A stretch of 64,000 nt of DNA from a virus. Under the pieces are notes generated by a model. The model searched no databases. It was not told where the DNA came from and saw nothing but the letters and a program-made list of their open reading frames with translations. Where the stretch lies: the IMG/VR virus record IMGVR_UViG_3300032731_000125, positions 6,432 to 70,431 of that record; one strand, 5' to 3'. Numbering within the stretch: the first letter of the stretch is position 1; every line of letters begins with the position of its first letter. A program made the position numbers and the translations under genes. This document shows positions 58,693 to 64,000 of the stretch, in pieces.

Positions 58693-59469
58693 TTATCCAT
58701 TTTTCCATCCGTTCATTTCGAGGATTTTGGTTATATTCAATGGTCCTGAACGCTTATCGCCAATACCGGTATATTTGCAAATAAAGGCGTCTTCATCGTC
58801 AAGTGGTCGCTCGAACCTGACCATGGGAGGAAATACCTTCTTGCTATCCTTAAACCTGTCTTCCAGCTTGCCAATGAGATCGAAATAGCCAGGCGCATTG
58901 GTTGGGAACTCTTTTCCTGCCAGCGCTGGTGCCGCTGATAGTGACCGGTTCCACTTGGGCGATTCAGATAACAGGGCAGTCACGATAACGATTTTACCGG
59001 CCTGGGCATATTTCATCAATAAGTTGGTAATCCGGAACATGAGTTGATTACGAACGCCTTGACCTTCAACGGTCATCTTGGTCATGGATGCCAACTGTTT
59101 CTTTTCTTTCTCAGCTTTTGACCTGGCTTCAAACGCTTCGTCAGTGATTTCGTGGGCCAAGCCAATGTTCATGAGGTGGCTGAAGCTGTCAATAACAATT
59201 GTTGTGTACTTTTTGAATATCTCATTGCTTGATAGGTTTTGAATTAAGTCATTGGCATCTTCGTATACATATCCATCGAGTTTAAGCTTTGGCCGGTTAG
59301 CAGCGTCGAGGGATGGCTTCAATGCGCGGGGTTCCGTTTGGATATAAGCAATGGGGTCTGGCGCTGACTGTAGGATTGATGTCGTTTTACCACAACCAGT
59401 TTCAGAATAAAGCATAATAAAACGACCAGATGATTCTACTTGCAACTGGGTTTTTTTAAGTACTTTCAT
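58693..59469 (-). CDS. Sak4-like (AAA_24) recombination ATPase
   Basis: LYSETGCGKT, IVIDSFS, P.L.GK, FDLIG; near SSB and exonuclease. Confidence 0.8.
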   Translation of the reverse strand: MKVLKKTQLQVESSGRFIMLYSETGCGKTTSILQSAPDPIAYIQTEPRALKPSLDAANRPKLKLDGYVYEDANDLIQNLSSNEIFKKYTTIVIDSFSHLMNIGLAHEITDEAFEARSKAEKEKKQLASMTKMTVEGQGVRNQLMFRITNLLMKYAQAGKIVIVTALLSESPKWNRSLSAAPALAGKEFPTNAPGYFDLIGKLEDRFKDSKKVFPPMVRFERPLDDEDAFICKYTGIGDKRSGPLNITKILEMNGWKNG

Positions 59470-60104
59470 AAATAATACCTCGTTCCTTCGTATAAGATTT
59501 CAGTATCGGGCATTTCGTCGTAATATTCAATCCAGTCCAACCAGCAATCGCATGGTTCGAACATGTCGGAGTCGAATATACGTTGACATACCGGGCATTG
59601 GTTGATGTTTGCTTCGTTAGTTTTCATACTCCTCCCATCCGTTGTTCCATTTATATAATATTTTATTGTTGCCATTGCCATAGAATTTCAGTATATAAGC
59701 AGGAAAGTCTTCTTCAGGTTCTACCTTCATCATCTCGGCTAGGCTTGGGTTAGGGGCAAGCATGCCAAAGCCTAGCATGTCATCTGAGTACCCGATAGCA
59801 TACGTAACCACGGACTTCTGGCTACTATGCTTTATAGTATGCTTTTTTGTCATTTTCTTAATTGCCAACTTGCTTCTCGTTTTGCCATGGTCTGAATGGC
59901 ATTATAATGTTTTCGGTGATCTGACAGGTATAAATCCACAAGCGCCTTGACAGCAGGGTAACAGTCAGGACAATAACCCCCACTCCATGCGCCGACAGCA
60001 GGTGTCATTGGAATCTCACAAGCCTTGCATATAATTTGCGCTTGTTCATAGCCTTGGTCGTGGTCTTGGTCGTTAATGTAATTTATTTCGGCAGTTCTCG
60101 GCAT
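59466..60104 (-). other. Three small hypothetical CDSs (59466-~59627, 59617-59868, 59850-60104)
   Basis: Overlapping ORFs, two with CxxC. Confidence 0.5.
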
Positions 60105-60129
60105 TTTTCATTCTCCTTTCTATTTATAA

Positions 60130-60630
60130 TTATAACCGTTTGAATACCTCACCCTCTGGTAACGGGCAGTTGTCTATCCATTCAATATTATCTTTGACTT
60201 GCCATGAAGACGAGATACCGCCGACAGTGATACCTTTGAATATGTTAAGTCGGAATGATTTGGTGTTTTTGAACGAATTTGGTATCATGTAACTGAACAA
60301 ATGAAATGGTATTGTGTCAGACTGTTCGTGCAGGGTTACAGTAATACCGTCGAGAAACTGCAAGGCACCAATAGCACTTTGCCAGTCGTTAACCTTAGCT
60401 GTATACATTATAATCTTAGCGTTTGGGTTTTGAGCCCTGATGCGGTGGATAATATGGAAGACTATGGGTGTGTCCAGCATTGGTTCACCGCCAGTTAACA
60501 TGATCGTTGAGTATTGACTAAAGTCGGTTTCTATCGGCAATGCTTTCAGGTCGTACTGCTTATTACAACAACCCGCACAATTACGATTGCAGTCTTCGGC
60601 TATTAAAAGGCGTAGTTTCGTTGGCTTCAT
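60130..60630 (-). CDS. Minimal radical SAM protein
   Basis: CNRNCAGC, LTGGEP, YT; 166 aa. Confidence 0.85.
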   Translation of the reverse strand: MKPTKLRLLIAEDCNRNCAGCCNKQYDLKALPIETDFSQYSTIMLTGGEPMLDTPIVFHIIHRIRAQNPNAKIIMYTAKVNDWQSAIGALQFLDGITVTLHEQSDTIPFHLFSYMIPNSFKNTKSFRLNIFKGITVGGISSSWQVKDNIEWIDNCPLPEGEVFKRL

Positions 60631-60845
60631 TATCTTTTCCTTAGTAAGTCTCTAAACATATCATTACAACTGCAATCCTTATCCCATCTACTTGTATTAT
60701 CATCTATGTTATTCGCCATATCCGATGCTATCCGTTTGACTTCACAAACTCCGCATAGGTATTTGATGTCCTTGTGGAGTTTGGCGTCACGGATAATACC
60801 GAGGTAACGTTTACAGCCAGTGCAGTAGATTGATCGATCAGACAT
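60630..60845 (-). CDS. Zn-finger hypothetical protein
   Basis: CTGC...CGVC. Confidence 0.55.
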   Translation of the reverse strand: MSDRSIYCTGCKRYLGIIRDAKLHKDIKYLCGVCEVKRIASDMANNIDDNTSRWDKDCSCNDMFRDLLRKR

Positions 60846-60989
60846 TTTCCCCCCAGCCTGTCTGTTGTATTATTTTATTGTGATGTTCTATGGCCTTGAT
60901 GAAGCGTAGAAACAAAACCTGAAACATGCCATATCCAGATAGGTTCTTGCTTTTTTCCAATTTCAATATTTCATCTGCTAATTTTTCCA

Positions 60990-61979
60990 TTATCTCATCC
61001 CTCCCGCTGCTTCTTTAACATCTATTCTTTCATATAGTTGATCACTTACCACTCCTGACCTCTTAATAGGATGGAACCAACAAAGCGTAGGTACATGGCA
61101 ACTTAAATCATTCTGAGTCCAGAGATTATTGTCAACCACGAACCGCATTTCCTTTAATGTATTGTTAAAGCGTCGATATAGATGATCAAGGTTAAACTCC
61201 GAGCGATAGAACCTTATGCCAAACTTGCCGGTTTTCCTTTTGTACTCTAAGAAATAGTGTGGTGGATTAGCCATAATATTATTATACATTCGGTTTTCGT
61301 AAGCCCCGGGTGATTCGTCGGAGTATTGCTTCTTGCCTGTTTTGGTTCCCGGAAGTCTGACCGGCATGACATCGCACCATTCCCATTCCGGATTGCCAAG
61401 GAAGTATGTGCCTAATTGCAAGGCTACGTTTTCTCTGTTTTGGTGGAAATCGGGCCGCGCAGATAGTTTGCACTCTCGGAAATGGTCTTCATATGAGATA
61501 TCGGTGTAGCCCGAGATATTATAAGACCCACAAGGCCATGTGATATGTTGCTCGGCGGTAGCTCCACCTTTAGGCGGGTATAGATTAAGGTCGCGCGTGG
61601 CCCTGAATAAAGCCTTTAGCTTGGACAAATCATTAGGGTATATATGGTATCGCTCGGCATATTCAGCAAGGTAGAATCGCTCATTTGACACTGTGGAGCC
61701 GATAAAGTCACCGTATGTTAGTCCAAGTTTAACAGGTAAGGGTAATTCTTCATCTCGGCACCTGATACCCTGGATGTATTGGAGGCGGTATTTTTCCTTA
61801 CATTGACAGTATGCTTTCATGGCCGACATGGTGACCGTTGGCAGCGAGGTTTTTAGTGCCTCAATACAGCGGAAATAGTGAGACGTAGCACAGAAACCGG
61901 CCTCGTTTTTAAATCCGTTGAGGTAATGTCGGCAAATGATATCGGGGTTCGTATGTGGTCGCTGGAATTTGCAGTTCAT
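60990..61979 (-). CDS. PD-(D/E)XK (RecB/Cas4-like) exonuclease
   Basis: EQHI..SGYTD...ECK, QL.TY, N- and C-terminal Cys. Confidence 0.7.
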   Translation of the reverse strand: MNCKFQRPHTNPDIICRHYLNGFKNEAGFCATSHYFRCIEALKTSLPTVTMSAMKAYCQCKEKYRLQYIQGIRCRDEELPLPVKLGLTYGDFIGSTVSNERFYLAEYAERYHIYPNDLSKLKALFRATRDLNLYPPKGGATAEQHITWPCGSYNISGYTDISYEDHFRECKLSARPDFHQNRENVALQLGTYFLGNPEWEWCDVMPVRLPGTKTGKKQYSDESPGAYENRMYNNIMANPPHYFLEYKRKTGKFGIRFYRSEFNLDHLYRRFNNTLKEMRFVVDNNLWTQNDLSCHVPTLCWFHPIKRSGVVSDQLYERIDVKEAAGGMR

Positions 61980-62161
61980 ATTTTACCTAAGTATTTAACA
62001 ACAAAGTCTGCCAAGTAAATTTTCAAATGTTCCTCAGACCCCTCGATGGTTGTTTTGGAACAACATGGATATGCATACCACAGAAAAGGAAACCACCAAG
62101 GTTTTTTTTGCGAAATATATCCACTATGTTCATCCCTAACTATTCTGTATTTACTTTTCAT
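61976..62161 (-). CDS. Hypothetical protein
   Basis: KYRI...Q.K.WWFP motif, AGGAGG SD. Confidence 0.55.
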   Translation of the reverse strand: MKSKYRIVRDEHSGYISQKKPWWFPFLWYAYPCCSKTTIEGSEEHLKIYLADFVVKYLGKI

Positions 62162-62182
62162 AACATCCTCCTTTTCCTTTTA

Positions 62183-62902
62183 TTAAAACACCAATGCCTT
62201 CTCATGTTTAATTATAACACTCGGGTCCAGATACGTCTTAAACCCGTTCGCCCTTGACATCTCGCTGAATATCACATCTTCGCCAGGACAGGTCACCCAT
62301 TCGCCGTCTGATATAACAACCTGTTGAAACCATGGGAAATCTAATGCCTCAAAAACGCCGTATTTGACCAGCATCCATCCGAAACCGTTAGAATGAATCT
62401 CGGCAAGCCCGTATTCGTCAAGTTCTAAATTGGCAATGTCGTCCAGGGTCATGTGACTACTACTGTCGGCCTTATGGGTTGCAACAGTCAGGTTGAGAGC
62501 CTTCTGGTTGGTTTTTAAGATACTGCGATAGGTGCCTGATACTATACTGTAGCCTGACACCATTGCCCGGTCTAATATGCGGTCGAAATGCCACGTTTGG
62601 TAAGATTGATCAGAGTCTATCCACATGAGATAGTCGTATTTTTCGGTTCCGTTGAACGGTTTGATATCTGCCCTCTGCCTGCCTCCACCAACGCCCAGAC
62701 ACATGTTTCTAACAGTGTATATATTGCAACAATAGTGTTCTGACCGCTTGAATGTGATATCCGGTCGCATGGTGCAGTGGATCATTAGGTCTGTCCAGTT
62801 TGATTTGCCGGTCATCGACCATGCGTTGCCGGGAGTGCAGAATATGATACGTGTTTGGCGTGGTTTTTTCATGGTTAGTCCCTCGGCATTCGCCTTGCCC
62901 AT
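62183..62902 (-). CDS. GT-A fold glycosyltransferase
   Basis: RN..., YLMWIDSD (DxD), GFGWMLVK..VFE..PWF, GEDVIF, HEK. Confidence 0.8.
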   Translation of the reverse strand: MGKANAEGLTMKKPRQTRIIFCTPGNAWSMTGKSNWTDLMIHCTMRPDITFKRSEHYCCNIYTVRNMCLGVGGGRQRADIKPFNGTEKYDYLMWIDSDQSYQTWHFDRILDRAMVSGYSIVSGTYRSILKTNQKALNLTVATHKADSSSHMTLDDIANLELDEYGLAEIHSNGFGWMLVKYGVFEALDFPWFQQVVISDGEWVTCPGEDVIFSEMSRANGFKTYLDPSVIIKHEKALVF

Positions 62903-63570
62903 TCAATTGTCTGTGAAGGGGTTTTGCCACCGATTTCAGCTTCTTTTTCCCAAAGCGCATAAGCACTCTCCACTAATTCAATATACCCATTTTCGACTAA
63001 CCATTTTATCCGTTTGGGGTTTTGCTCTGCCCATTGAATTAAAATATCAGCATCTATTTTCTCGCTTAATGTAGGATTGCCGCCTACCACTACCATCAGG
63101 TTAGCGAGGTGCTTTTGAAATTCTACGCAATTACCGTCACCGTCCTTGTATAGATTCCATACTGTCGCCTGCCTGCTACCTGTTTTAATTTTATATTTCG
63201 GCTTATCCATAGCATCCTCCGTGATTAATTTAAGGTCTTTGGGTTTCCAACTCCAACAAACACCACCGTTACCCTTGGCGCCTTCAAGTTCTACATACTT
63301 ACCACGCAATGATTTAATTGTAAATGATTTTCCAAGAAATTCTTTCATTCGACTAACCATATAAGAGTTGTCGTACTTATCCGTCACTCGTACCCTATCG
63401 CCAACTTGTAATTCTCGGACGCATGGGATGCAGGGTTGAAATCCTGCACAATGAACAGGGAGGTCACAGCCACTTGTTTTTCTGTGTGGCTTTTTAAAGT
63501 CGCAATTCTTTTTGCAATCTCTCTTTCCACAAATCATCATTTGTGTCATAACACTCCTCCTTGTAACCAT
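62875..63570 (-). CDS. Hypothetical protein (Cys-rich N-terminus, SH3-like VGDRVRV module)
   Basis: 231 aa with AGGAGG SD. Confidence 0.55.
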   Translation of the reverse strand: MVTRRSVMTQMMICGKRDCKKNCDFKKPHRKTSGCDLPVHCAGFQPCIPCVRELQVGDRVRVTDKYDNSYMVSRMKEFLGKSFTIKSLRGKYVELEGAKGNGGVCWSWKPKDLKLITEDAMDKPKYKIKTGSRQATVWNLYKDGDGNCVEFQKHLANLMVVVGGNPTLSEKIDADILIQWAEQNPKRIKWLVENGYIELVESAYALWEKEAEIGGKTPSQTIEWARRMPRD

Positions 63571-63576
63571 TTAATT

Positions 63577-63819
63577 TTAATCTAAAATCCCCACTTCGGC
63601 CATGATACGCAGGATGGTTTCTTCGTCCCAATACCAACATGGATAGGCAACGCCACAACCGTTAATCTGATGACATTGAGCTTCTAACATTTCTGGGAAC
63701 AAATAGTCCATTTCGAAGGGACTAAAAGGAGCGCTATTACAAACAGTATCGCCTTCTCTTCTGACATTTTTTTTAAACCATTCAAACTCTTTGCGGATTG
63801 ACCTTGCGACTGGACTCAT
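63577..63819 (-). CDS. Hypothetical protein
   Basis: 80 aa with AGGAG SD. Confidence 0.55.
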   Translation of the reverse strand: MSPVARSIRKEFEWFKKNVRREGDTVCNSAPFSPFEMDYLFPEMLEAQCHQINGCGVAYPCWYWDEETILRIMAEVGILD

Positions 63820-64000
63820 AAAAATAGCTCCTATTCTAAATGTTAATTCAACAACAGAAACTTAAAGGGTGAAATGGATTATTATAATAAAGATGGGGTA
63901 TTGTAACGTTCTCCATTTCTGTGTCCCTTCCAATTTATAACCGGATTAAGGGTAGCCGCCCCATGGCTCCGGTCAGGCAATCTGCGGTGTTGCGGGGGAA

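Noticed and set aside
60990-61979. CRISPR-associated Cas4, or type IV CasDinG together with 50508..52130
   Set aside because: Context is phage recombination (Sak4, SSB); no array or other cas genes
1-64000. Stop-codon reassignment
   Set aside because: Long conserved genes are intact in code 11, TAA/TAG/TGA all terminate genes, and there is no suppressor tRNA

Overview
The window is most of the genome of a tailed dsDNA bacteriophage with podovirus-type (P22/T7-like short-tail) architecture. The host is probably an anaerobic bacterium, inferred from sigma70-like TTGACA promoters, GGAGG Shine-Dalgarno sites, lipobox/Tat signals and several Fe-S proteins. The minus strand from 42.8 kb to the left edge carries the packaging and virion genes in this order: terS; about 10 kb of small accessory genes with 3 tRNAs; terL with a LAGLIDADG intein; portal; scaffold; major capsid; beta-helix protein; adaptor; nozzle; ejection proteins including a 2244-aa polyvalent protein; an HNH gene; a mosaic tail-fibre cluster. 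The plus strand from 43.2 to 50.5 kb carries a divergent early cassette of small genes including a radical SAM enzyme. The minus strand from 50.5 to 64 kb carries a recombination/replication module (DinG/XPD-like helicase, ERCC4 nuclease, SSB, SMC-like ATPase, Sak4-like ATPase, PD-(D/E)XK exonuclease, second radical SAM, glycosyltransferase). I recognised no integrase, DNA polymerase, primase, endolysin, RT or CRISPR array. The most notable signals are: (1) several accessory genes flanked by short duplications of neighbouring gene ends; (2) a near-identical palindrome about 30 nt upstream of both terS and portal; (3) a triple operator between divergent promoters; (4) a Gln-terminated intein; (5) a nucleotide-modification-like operon; (6) a phased-repeat candidate packaging site. 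All functional calls come from motif recognition by eye, without database searches.
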